Below are positions 20,320 to 29,188 of a stretch of 64,000 nucleotides of DNA, piece by piece. The position numbers were made by a program, and so were the translations under genes. The notes under the pieces are model-generated. The model saw nothing but the letters and a program-made list of their open reading frames with translations. It did no database searches and was not told the DNA's origin. The stretch covers positions 704,001-768,000 of the forward strand of contig OY759746.1 of the NCBI GenBank assembly GCA_963662795.1. The letters are read 5' to 3'. Origin of the DNA: Spirochaetia bacterium (GTDB lineage Bacteria; Spirochaetota; Spirochaetia; CADAEX01). The number at the start of each line of letters is the position of its first letter. Position 1 is the stretch's first letter.

Positions 20320-21081
20320 CTATTTTTCTCTTTGCTGGTTGTCCACTACATAATGTCCGCGGCCCAGTATTTTGGCTTTTCCCAGGGCGTCCCTCGCACG
20401 TGCCAATATAACATCGCTTTTCTGAGGAGAACCAGCCGCGACTCCGACTGAGCCGCCTATCCATACCACGCCGGTAGGTAATTCAACCGGTCTTTGCAGC
20501 ATTTCAGCCAGTTTTCCGGCCTGTTCCGCAGCAATTTCATTTGAATACTTCGGAACAACATTTGCGATAGCGGCAAACTCATCACCCGAAGTTCTGGCTG
20601 CGATTCCCTCAGGCCCGGCACAGGACGCAACCCGTTTTGCAACTTCTATTAAAACCGCATCTGCTATTTGTTTTCCATGCACCCGTTCAACCTGCTCAAA
20701 CCCGGCAAGGTCGGCAGATAAAACAACAATCCCTTTACCATCAGCGGCAAGCCTTGGACTTTTTTCCTGAAACCAAGCATTAAGGCCATTCTCGTTCGCG
20801 AGTCCGGTAAGCAGGTCAATTCTGTCATCCGGTATCTCCTTATCCCCAATCGGCGCTGTACTTTCCTGATTGACTGTAAAAACATCAAAAGTTTTTGCCT
20901 TTGCCTGCCATATAAAATAAATCAGACAGAAAATACCCAGCAGCAGGGCTGTCAGCAGGGATATTGCAAGACCTCCCGTCAGTGCAGAGAAACTTCCCAG
21001 CAAACTTGATACTGTAACCAGAATAGCTATCCATATCTGTGTGGATTTCAGTTTTTGACCTTTTATTTTTTTTGTTTCCAT
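20320..21081 (-). CDS. Membrane-anchored GGDEF-domain protein (SGDEF variant)
   Basis: Two N-terminal TM helices, DLLTGLAN, ARTSGDEF, GSVG, KILGRG. Confidence 0.85.
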   Translation of the reverse strand: METKKIKGQKLKSTQIWIAILVTVSSLLGSFSALTGGLAISLLTALLLGIFCLIYFIWQAKAKTFDVFTVNQESTAPIGDKEIPDDRIDLLTGLANENGLNAWFQEKSPRLAADGKGIVVLSADLAGFEQVERVHGKQIADAVLIEVAKRVASCAGPEGIAARTSGDEFAAIANVVPKYSNEIAAEQAGKLAEMLQRPVELPTGVVWIGGSVGVAAGSPQKSDVILARARDALGKAKILGRGHYVVDNQQREK

Positions 21082-21153
21082 AAAATTAGTATCGACAAAA
21101 TTTTAACGGGTTTCAAATTTTATTAAGTTAGGCAGGGTTTGGAGATTACTGTT

Positions 21154-23094
21154 TTACCTTTTCGATATAGTTGATAACGCATGCCATGGCTCAATCCGTT
21201 TATGCTCATAAAAAACAAAGACACAAACCGGTGCGTTATGAATCCCGCCCGCTATCTGGGTTAAAAGCTGATGCAGATCCTTCTGAATGCTTTCCCCGCC
21301 CCGTATAACAAGCACAAGAGGTTTCTTTTTTCGGCTGAAAGCCAATAGTGAAGAGACTATGCTTTTTTGGCATTTTTTGGTCCTGAGTATATGTTCTTTT
21401 ATTATTTCTGCATCTCTTCCGTAAAGGACACGACCGACAGGATAAGATTTAAAAACACCAAATGTATCCTGCTTTGCGACAAGATGCGCCAGATAAAGCA
21501 AGGCATTTCTGGTTTCACCCGGCAATGCCTTGGCCAGGCCCTGCCGCAGCATTATTGCAAAATCAATGATTCCGGCTTTACCGTAACGCGCACAGGACCC
21601 AAGATTAACATAAAGACTTTCATTTTTCAGTGTTTCAAGTGAATTAAATAAATCGGCAGTTAAAACCGCTGACGGCGGTTCCTGAATATATCTGAAACAC
21701 CCTTTTCTCTTTTGAGCTCTTTTTATTGAAACCTCTATAATCCCCCGCACATCCTGAAATCTGACATGATGATAATTCCAGCTAATGTTTTTTTTCAGAG
21801 ATTCACCAGATACTTGCACCTGATTTATTGCCAGGAAAGACACTTTAGCCTTGTCCGGAATATTTGGGCCGGTATCGTTATTTTGCGGTGCTTTATCAAT
21901 AGTTATGTTTTTATGGGAAATCGGATTACCCGCAGTTTTGAATACTGTTTTTTCCTGCAAGATATCAGTATGCAGAATATCTTCACCCACGGATATTTTA
22001 ATCTTTTCCGGTAAACGGACAAAGATATTATTATTCATCCCCTTTTCACCAGTTATTGCATGTATTCCATTAGCTATGTAATCATCAATTGACCAATGCA
22101 ATTCATTTTCATCTACCGTATTCAATTCCTGTTTTTCAAGCCGCTCGACAGAGGCCTGATCATTGAAAGTCTTTACAGGATACAGCACATCAATACCGCT
22201 TTCTCTGTCTTTTACAGGTTCTTTCAGTGATTTAAAATAATTGACAGAGTCGAATAATGATAATTCAGAAGATTCAATAAAAAACCGTAAATCATTTATC
22301 ATGTCAATGCAGGTACCATACCGGCGTGTAATGTCTGGCAGCAATGCACGGAGGGTTATCCGCACCAGCCTTTCAGGAACACCGCGGCGCAATAAGGAAT
22401 TGGTTGTAAATATGAGCGAAGCTGTATCTGATTTTAAAGATTGTAAAGAATCGGGAAAAGGTACTCTGCCTGTAAAAAATCTTACCAGATGGATACCCAG
22501 TGAATAAACATCGCTTCCTTCACATAATTCATTTCTTTGTTTATATTCCGGTGCAATATAAGCATGATTTTCTGACAATATTTTTTCTTTTTCCGGTAAT
22601 ACAGAGAGCATTGAAAACAAACCAGGTTTCTGAATCTTTACTGAATAATTTGATTCACTTATTTTTTTAACAAGAACGTTCTCGGCATTTAAATTTCCAT
22701 AGATTATCCCCTGATCATGAAATGACGCAAGGCCACGTGCAAGGGAAATTATAATTTTGCATATTTGTTCAAGTTTCCAGTCTTTTTTTTTCTCAAGAAC
22801 TGATAATAGATTTGTCTCGTCATTGTATTCAGAAGATATAAAAAGCTGTTTATTAAAAAAATCCATTTCAATAAAATCAGCTATATACTGACCACTTACC
22901 CTATAACATTTTATTGCTTCTGAGCGAAGTTCATCAAAAGAACCAGCAGAGTTGTCATTGTTTTTTACAAACCGTAACAGAAATTTTGTTGCTGAAAAAA
23001 TAGCTGTAGCTTTCCAGTGTTCAGTAAATGTATCTTCACCAATCCTGTTCTGCATTATATAACATTCATTTACGACCATTTGTTCCTGTAGCAT
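21154..23094 (-). CDS. Ser/Thr kinase-like pseudokinase with degenerate C-terminal AAA-like domain
   Basis: YIAPE, SDVYSLG, TGRVPF retained; catalytic HRD reads YGN, no DFG, VAIK Lys absent; likely start MLQEQ with GGTGAG SD (alternative start 23109). Confidence 0.78.
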   Translation of the reverse strand: MLQEQMVVNECYIMQNRIGEDTFTEHWKATAIFSATKFLLRFVKNNDNSAGSFDELRSEAIKCYRVSGQYIADFIEMDFFNKQLFISSEYNDETNLLSVLEKKKDWKLEQICKIIISLARGLASFHDQGIIYGNLNAENVLVKKISESNYSVKIQKPGLFSMLSVLPEKEKILSENHAYIAPEYKQRNELCEGSDVYSLGIHLVRFFTGRVPFPDSLQSLKSDTASLIFTTNSLLRRGVPERLVRITLRALLPDITRRYGTCIDMINDLRFFIESSELSLFDSVNYFKSLKEPVKDRESGIDVLYPVKTFNDQASVERLEKQELNTVDENELHWSIDDYIANGIHAITGEKGMNNNIFVRLPEKIKISVGEDILHTDILQEKTVFKTAGNPISHKNITIDKAPQNNDTGPNIPDKAKVSFLAINQVQVSGESLKKNISWNYHHVRFQDVRGIIEVSIKRAQKRKGCFRYIQEPPSAVLTADLFNSLETLKNESLYVNLGSCARYGKAGIIDFAIMLRQGLAKALPGETRNALLYLAHLVAKQDTFGVFKSYPVGRVLYGRDAEIIKEHILRTKKCQKSIVSSLLAFSRKKKPLVLVIRGGESIQKDLHQLLTQIAGGIHNAPVCVFVFYEHKRIEPWHALSTISKR

Positions 23095-23117
23095 ATCTAA
23101 ACTCACCATGAACCGCT

Positions 23118-23178
23118 AAAAAAAATCCCGCTGAAATTATTCTGCCTCTTGCAGGCTGAAAAATCCCGGCGGGGGTTT
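23118..23178 (-). terminator. Long hairpin plus U8 tract after paralog A (copy 2)
   Basis: Same hairpin as 14914-14973, with one extra U. Confidence 0.6.
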
Positions 23179-23196
23179 ATTTGCAACTAATTACTC

Positions 23197-23898
23197 TTAT
23201 AATTCTATTTTAGCAACATTGGGTTTGACCTGTTCCTGTAAATAGTCTCCCCTCACAAGCAGAACATCAGGGATTGACTCGCTGAGTTTCTTCGTCATGT
23301 CAAGAAATTTACCCCGGATATTATTCGCCTGCAGTGCTACATCCTTTACTTCGTTCGATGGCAGCTCTTTCTGCGGCTCTATCAGCGTGGCTATCCTGTC
23401 AAGCACCGACAGCACTACCCTGTTGAGCATATCCATCTGGTCTTTTGTTTTATCAAGGTGTTTTCCAAGATTATTCACATCGCTTACCGTAAGCGGATAT
23501 ATCCTGTACCCCTCTTCCGGCATCTCATAACAGGCAGTCAGAAGGCCATATATTATTACAAGCGCTTTCGGATATATCTCTCCTGGTTTCCACTTCGTCA
23601 GCATCCGGAAACATTCCTTTATCATAAAGGTATTGAACTGTATTGTTCCAAGGAATTTACTCGGCTCCCTCTCCCCTACAAGTGTTTCTATTACCCACGG
23701 ATTTCCTGCTTCAATCAGCCTGAAATATATGGGATAGTTGTCAGGATTCAATCCAACTTTATGTACCAGGAAATGCGCCAGCGCTACTGCGGCAAAGGCG
23801 CTGTACCCTTCCTTGCTGTCTATTATTTCTTTTATATACCCTAATGCAAGTTCGTCTATCTCTTTCTCAGACCACAGCGGCCATTCTACACCAGACAT
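23197..23898 (-). CDS. Uncharacterised family protein, paralog A (copy 2)
   Basis: Protein identical to copy 1. Confidence 0.85.
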   Translation of the reverse strand: MSGVEWPLWSEKEIDELALGYIKEIIDSKEGYSAFAAVALAHFLVHKVGLNPDNYPIYFRLIEAGNPWVIETLVGEREPSKFLGTIQFNTFMIKECFRMLTKWKPGEIYPKALVIIYGLLTACYEMPEEGYRIYPLTVSDVNNLGKHLDKTKDQMDMLNRVVLSVLDRIATLIEPQKELPSNEVKDVALQANNIRGKFLDMTKKLSESIPDVLLVRGDYLQEQVKPNVAKIEL

Positions 23899-23976
23899 TG
23901 CTACCTCCACTCTGAAGTTAAGGCCGCTTTACTTCTTTCCAAAATATCGCGGCCCTATTTCACATTATCTTCTACT

Positions 23977-24696
23977 CTATTCTTCTGCAGGTTTCTCAAC
24001 TTCAGCAAGAGGAATAAGTTTCCTCGGCTGTACATCCTTGTCAAGATTAGGTTCAAGTCTCAGCTGGACTTCCGGTATGACGTCAACAAGATGTTTCTTG
24101 GTATCGAAGAAATTGTTTCTTATATTGTGCGCATGTACTGCAAGGTCTTCCATATCTTCATCCACATTCTGTCCTTCAAGCGAAGACAGCTTATCCAGTA
24201 TATCAAGGATACTCCGGTTAAGCAGGTCATCCTGTCCTTTTTCCTCATTCAGGTGTTTTCCCAATGAGTTAACATCTGCTACTGATGGCGGATAGATTTT
24301 ATATCCATCAAGCGGCGAATTATAGGTCGCCTGAAATACTCCAAGTATTATTCCAAGGGTCTTCGGATATATCTCTGCCTTCCGGTATTTTGTCAATATT
24401 GTAAAGCATGTCGATACTATGAAATAGTTCGGCTGTATTGAACTCATGAACAAAAACGGATCCCGCGATCCAAGCAGGGCATCTATTACATTGTGGTTTC
24501 TTACTGTCAGTATATTCAGAAATACCGGATAGTTTCCATTTGTTATTCCAGTGAAGTTCAGATAGCTTGCGTATGTCGTCGCTGATTCTACTGCTTCAAT
24601 TGTCCGGCAGCCCAAAATACCTTTAAGCATATTATATTCTATCTGCTGAACGTCACTATCGGTCCAGTCCTGCTTTTTTTCAAATAGCTCCTTCAT
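23977..24696 (-). CDS. Uncharacterised family protein, paralog B (copy 2)
   Basis: Protein identical to copy 1. Confidence 0.87.
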   Translation of the reverse strand: MKELFEKKQDWTDSDVQQIEYNMLKGILGCRTIEAVESATTYASYLNFTGITNGNYPVFLNILTVRNHNVIDALLGSRDPFLFMSSIQPNYFIVSTCFTILTKYRKAEIYPKTLGIILGVFQATYNSPLDGYKIYPPSVADVNSLGKHLNEEKGQDDLLNRSILDILDKLSSLEGQNVDEDMEDLAVHAHNIRNNFFDTKKHLVDVIPEVQLRLEPNLDKDVQPRKLIPLAEVEKPAEE

Positions 24697-24719
24697 AAAA
24701 TAATTCTCCTTTCCTTATT

Positions 24720-25418
24720 TTAATCAACGAAGAGTTGTCTTGGTGCAGTTTCCTTGGCTACATAATCAGATTTTACAAGGAGAACCTGCGGTATAATATC
24801 TTCCATTTTCTTCCGTTTATCAAAGTAGAATGTCCTGATATTATTTGCTTGGCGGGCCATTTGTTCTTTTTCCGGACTGCTCGATGTTCCCGCAAGTGAG
24901 CCTAACCGATCCAGTATGTCCAGAATACACCTGTTATTCAGATCATCCTGTCCGAGTTCCTTATTCAGATGCTTTCCAAGATTATTTACATCATTTATTG
25001 ACACTGAATATATCTTGTACCCGTCCTTCGGGGATGCATATGCTGCCTGCAGTATTCCAAGCACTACTGACAGTGTTACAGGGTATATACCTCCGGGATG
25101 CCAGTTCGTCAGAAGCTTGAAGCCTGTATAGCCCAGATAGCTGTTAGGCTGTATCGGACTCAGCATTAAAAAAGGATCCTTTTTCCCTACCATAGTATCA
25201 ATCACCCAATGATTTTCTACTTCCAGCAGTTTCAGAAAGAGGGGATAATTATCATTACTTAATCCCGATAAACTTAAAAATCTTGCAAAACTTATTGAAC
25301 CTTCTACAGCCTCTTCCGTCCGGGACCCCAGCATATTCTGCACTATCCCCAGCTGTACCTTCATTATAGTCTCTTTCGACCATGTCCTTTCGATTACCCG
25401 TTCGCTCTGCTTGTCCAT
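24720..25418 (-). CDS. Uncharacterised family protein, paralog C (copy 2)
   Basis: Protein identical to copy 1. Confidence 0.87.
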   Translation of the reverse strand: MDKQSERVIERTWSKETIMKVQLGIVQNMLGSRTEEAVEGSISFARFLSLSGLSNDNYPLFLKLLEVENHWVIDTMVGKKDPFLMLSPIQPNSYLGYTGFKLLTNWHPGGIYPVTLSVVLGILQAAYASPKDGYKIYSVSINDVNNLGKHLNKELGQDDLNNRCILDILDRLGSLAGTSSSPEKEQMARQANNIRTFYFDKRKKMEDIIPQVLLVKSDYVAKETAPRQLFVD

Positions 25419-25486
25419 TACCACCTCCACATTGCGACAAACCAAATATTAAAAAATTATATAAACCCAACTACTATAATAATAGT

Positions 25487-25524
25487 AACACGTATATTAT
25501 AAAACACGTATATTAAAGTGTCCA
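25487..25524 (-). promoter_or_regulatory. Sigma70-type promoter for C-B-A overlapped by a 13-bp direct repeat
   Basis: TGGACA (25519-25524), 17 bp, TATAAT (25496-25501); AACACGTATATTA at 25487 and 25503. Confidence 0.7.
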
Positions 25525-25670
25525 GTTAAAAAAATGTTCAGCACTAACTAATATTATAGTTAGTTTTCGATTCAGATTCAGGTATTTCTAACGGAATCAG
25601 TAAAAGCTGCTGCAAAAATCGTCAAAAATATATTGTTTTCAATAATCAGCGACCTTTCGATCCAGATTTT

Positions 25671-26864
25671 TTATTTTGCCCCTCTGGAAATAAGGACCCG
25701 GACCATATCATCGGAAGCGTTTGATTTTTTCGCGATATCAAGCACTGTCCCGCCTGTTTTGGTACGGCTGCTTACATCAACGCCTTTGGAAATAAGATAT
25801 TCCGCAATAGACGGATTATCAGCATGATAGGGAGTATAACCGGAATTCTGGATATTAACATCAAGACCCTGGGCCGCATAGTGAAGCGCATTAAAACCTG
25901 AGCTGTCAGCTGCCGCAGTATCAGCTCCTTTTTCCACAAGAAACTTTACAATATCAGGATATCCGTATTTTGACGCAGCGTGAAGAGCTGTCATACCGCT
26001 TTTATCTTTCGCGTTTAAATCAGCGCCTGCGAAGTAAAGAAGCCTAGTAATTTCGGCGGATGCTCTGAAAACCGGAGTTTCAACTCCCCCCCCGGCTGAT
26101 GCGGTTCTCATCAGGTAGATGCTGCCTTCACAGCCTGAATGCAGAGGCCTGCTGCCGCTTTTATCCTGAAGGTTGACATCAAGTCCCGAGACAATAAGCG
26201 CCTTGGCAATATCCGCGCCGCCGAACCGGGATGCAGTGTGAAGAAGTGATTGTCCGTTTCCATCTATCTGGAAAATATCAAGCCCTTTTTTCTGAAAAAA
26301 GGTAAAGAGCTCAGACGAATATCTATTTATCACAGTGAGATAAAGCAGCCTGCCGGATTTTACAGATGCCCCTTTTTTAATAAAATATCTTACCACCTCT
26401 TCATTAACATCAAAAGCTTTTTCAAATAACGGCTTTCCGTCCTCAGATAAAGCATCAGGATCAGCTCCTCCGTCAAGAAGCAGTTCTGCAGATTCCGCCG
26501 AACGTGTTTCAAGCGCGATTTCAAGAGGCAGTTTCCCTTTTAACTTGTAGTCAGATGAGAGCCCTCTTTTATTGGGGTCAGCGCCGTATTCAAGAAGGAG
26601 TTTAATATAGGATGGCCCGTTGACATTATCCCAGGCAGCTGTTCCCAGCGGTGTGTCGCCGGAGATCCCGTTATCCGCAATGTTTGCAAGAGAAGGGTTT
26701 TCCGCAAGCAGGGCTTTTACTTCTTCGTACTGATTTTTTCTTATAAGAACATGTATAGACGGTTTTTCGTTTTTGTCAAGCATGACCGGCAGCATATAAA
26801 TGCATGAATCAAGCAGGAGGAGTAACCCGGCTGTAATAAGTAATTTAAACGCTGATTTAACCAT
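25671..26864 (-). CDS. Ankyrin-repeat protein, probable lipoprotein
   Basis: Repeated G.TPL/ALH.A...G...V..L...GAD.N units; LLLDSC lipobox-like; GGAGAG RBS before MVKSAF. Confidence 0.88.
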   Translation of the reverse strand: MVKSAFKLLITAGLLLLLDSCIYMLPVMLDKNEKPSIHVLIRKNQYEEVKALLAENPSLANIADNGISGDTPLGTAAWDNVNGPSYIKLLLEYGADPNKRGLSSDYKLKGKLPLEIALETRSAESAELLLDGGADPDALSEDGKPLFEKAFDVNEEVVRYFIKKGASVKSGRLLYLTVINRYSSELFTFFQKKGLDIFQIDGNGQSLLHTASRFGGADIAKALIVSGLDVNLQDKSGSRPLHSGCEGSIYLMRTASAGGGVETPVFRASAEITRLLYFAGADLNAKDKSGMTALHAASKYGYPDIVKFLVEKGADTAAADSSGFNALHYAAQGLDVNIQNSGYTPYHADNPSIAEYLISKGVDVSSRTKTGGTVLDIAKKSNASDDMVRVLISRGAK

Positions 26865-26937
26865 ACCGCACTCTCCTTTGCATATTATTTTACAATGATT
26901 CAGATAATAATGCACGGAATATAATGCGCGGTAATTA

Positions 26938-26960
26938 AAACCGGGGCTTTAACCCCGGTC
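26938..26960 (-). terminator. Intrinsic terminator after fabF
   Basis: ACCGGGG-TTAAAG-CCCCGGT followed by TTT on minus strand. Confidence 0.7.
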
Positions 26961-26971
26961 TTGGGTTATAG

Positions 26972-28216
26972 CTACCTGAGTTTACCAAGAGCAATTGTTG
27001 AATTGTGTCCGCCGAATCCGAAAGAGTTTGACAATGCGATATTCACATTCTTTTCAACTACTTGCATGTTAAGAGATTTCAGTTTTATTTCAGGATCCTG
27101 GTTGAATATATTGATGTTTGCCGGGATTTTACCGTCCCTTATCGCCAGAGCGCAGATTATCCCTTCAACTGCAGCGGCAGCGCCGAGAATATGGCCGTGC
27201 ATTGATTTTGTACTGCCGACACAGACTTTATCATCTTTATCGTTCAGCAGCTTTAAAATAGCTTTTGACTCTGCTATGTCCCCGACTGGTGTTGAAGTTC
27301 CATGCGTATTTATATAATCAACATCTTCCGGATTTATTCCGCCCATATTCAAAGCCATTTTCATGGAAGCATAAGCCCCGTTTCCTTCAGGGTCGGGAGC
27401 TACAAAATCATATGCGTCTCCCGACATGCCGGAGGAAAGGAGCTCGCATATAATGTTTGCGCCTCTTTTTTTGGCATGCTCATACTCTTCAAGAACAAGA
27501 ATGCCGGAGCCTTCCCCCATGACAAATCCGTCCCTGTCCCTGTCAAAAGGACGGGATGCGGTTTCCGGTGAATCATTTCTGATTGATACAGCCCTCATAT
27601 TTGAGAATCCGCCGACAGCCAGTTCAGATATAGTCCCTTCAGCGCCGCCTGCGAACATGACATCAGCCATTCCTGTTTTTATAATCATGGAGGATACCGC
27701 AATTGCGTGGTTTGATGTTGCGCATGCGGTCTGAACACTCATGTTCGGGCCCTTGATGCTGTAGAGCATGCTTATAAAGCCCGCGGCTATATTGCCTATG
27801 GATAGAGGGATGTAAAAAGGGCTGATTCTTCTTGCCCCTTTTGTGGCAAGCGCCACAGAATTTTCATGCTGAACAGTAAGTCCTCCAATGCCGCTGCCAA
27901 CTATGAGGCCGGTCCTGTAGGGATCTTCTATCTTTACGCCTGATGATTCATAAGCCTCTTTCATTGCGGCGGCGGCATAATGACAGAACAGGTCCATCCT
28001 TTTTGCAACTTTCAGCTGTTCCTCTGTATAGTATTTTTTATAATCAAAATCCTTAATTTCAGCAGCAATCTTACATGAGACAGAAGAAGTATCGAATTTT
28101 GTGATTTTCCCGACAGCGCATCTGCCGGCAAGCACACTCTTCCATGTCTCTTCGACATTATTACCGAGCGGATTTATCGTTCCCATTCCGGTTATTACCA
28201 CTCTTCTGGTTTCCAT
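26972..28216 (-). CDS. fabF: Beta-ketoacyl-ACP synthase II
   Basis: RRVVITGMG, TACATS, HGTSTPVGD, STKSMHGH, SNSFGFGGHN; start placed at METRR. Confidence 0.95.
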   Translation of the reverse strand: METRRVVITGMGTINPLGNNVEETWKSVLAGRCAVGKITKFDTSSVSCKIAAEIKDFDYKKYYTEEQLKVAKRMDLFCHYAAAAMKEAYESSGVKIEDPYRTGLIVGSGIGGLTVQHENSVALATKGARRISPFYIPLSIGNIAAGFISMLYSIKGPNMSVQTACATSNHAIAVSSMIIKTGMADVMFAGGAEGTISELAVGGFSNMRAVSIRNDSPETASRPFDRDRDGFVMGEGSGILVLEEYEHAKKRGANIICELLSSGMSGDAYDFVAPDPEGNGAYASMKMALNMGGINPEDVDYINTHGTSTPVGDIAESKAILKLLNDKDDKVCVGSTKSMHGHILGAAAAVEGIICALAIRDGKIPANINIFNQDPEIKLKSLNMQVVEKNVNIALSNSFGFGGHNSTIALGKLR

Positions 28217-28339
28217 AAAGTCCATCCTTAAATAAAAAGTGATTATAAAATAACACAGAGGGAAATGAAATTCTTTCGGAATTATCCATTTTTTTTGTGC
28301 TATTGTCTGATTCATTCTTTTATGAGATAATCTGATTAC

Positions 28340-29176
28340 ATGAAACTGCTTTTTTTCGTAAGAAATATTGTAATAAATGAAAGAAACAAGACAAATATCA
28401 CAAAACATTCCCATGATTTCCATGAAATTCTCTATTGTACGGAAAGTAATTCCAAAATTATAACGGAAGGTGATTTGTTGTTTTATCCGGCAGGCCAGGA
28501 TCACTATATCAGTTATGAAAAGGGGAACCAGATAAAACTTTATCAGCTTTATTTTTCGGAAGAACTTTTTTCAACTTCAGTCAATATAGAAAAGGAAGCC
28601 CTGTACATACTCGGGCAGATCAAGCTTTACCTTAAAAAAGGTAATCTCCTCCGCCTCTCCAGAATAGGCTCGGAGAGGATATTGAAGCTTTTTGAAAGCA
28701 TGAGGTGGGAATTTACAAAGAGGTACAGGGGATATTCCTGGACAATAAGGCTTAAACTGATTGAATTACTTGTTACTGTAATCAGGGACAGGGAGTTCAA
28801 GCTGCCGATAAGGGGCGAGATGGGAAAACCGCTTTCGAACAGCCATATCCAGGATGTGCTTTTGTACCTCGACGCTGATTACATGAACAGGATAACAATA
28901 GAAAACGTACTGCAGTTTTCCCCTTTAAGCAGAAGCCATTTTCACGCATTATTTAAAAAAGAGACAGGCGAGACATTTATCGGATACCTCAATAAACTCC
29001 GCTGCGAAAAGGCATGCGAAATGCTGGTTGCGACAGACGATACTGTTCTTGATATATCCTTAAAAGCAGGATTCAACAATTTAAGCCATTTCTGCCATAC
29101 ATTTAAGGAGATTAAAGGGATTTCCCCGACAAAGTTCAGGTCTCAGGCAATGATGAGAAATCTGGTTTCCGTCTGA
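28340..29176 (+). CDS. AraC-family transcriptional regulator (cupin + HTH)
   Basis: HSHDFHEI, FKKETG, GFNNLSHFCHTFKEIKGISPTKFR. Confidence 0.92.
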   Translation: MKLLFFVRNIVINERNKTNITKHSHDFHEILYCTESNSKIITEGDLLFYPAGQDHYISYEKGNQIKLYQLYFSEELFSTSVNIEKEALYILGQIKLYLKKGNLLRLSRIGSERILKLFESMRWEFTKRYRGYSWTIRLKLIELLVTVIRDREFKLPIRGEMGKPLSNSHIQDVLLYLDADYMNRITIENVLQFSPLSRSHFHALFKKETGETFIGYLNKLRCEKACEMLVATDDTVLDISLKAGFNNLSHFCHTFKEIKGISPTKFRSQAMMRNLVSV

Positions 29177-29188
29177 AGAGGAAATATT

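Larger units (their letters stand above)
23098..25484 (+). repeat. Direct repeat copy 2 (~2.39 kb) containing paralogs C-B-A
   Basis: See copy 1; offset 8204-8205 bp. Confidence 0.97.

Noticed and set aside
14894-25484. Composite transposon or prophage
   Set aside because: The repeats encode no transposase and have no terminal IRs; no integrase or phage genes are present.
28217-28504. ~95-aa N-terminal extension of FabF in the ORF track
   Set aside because: Overlaps the divergent AraC gene; FabF homology starts at METRRVVITG.
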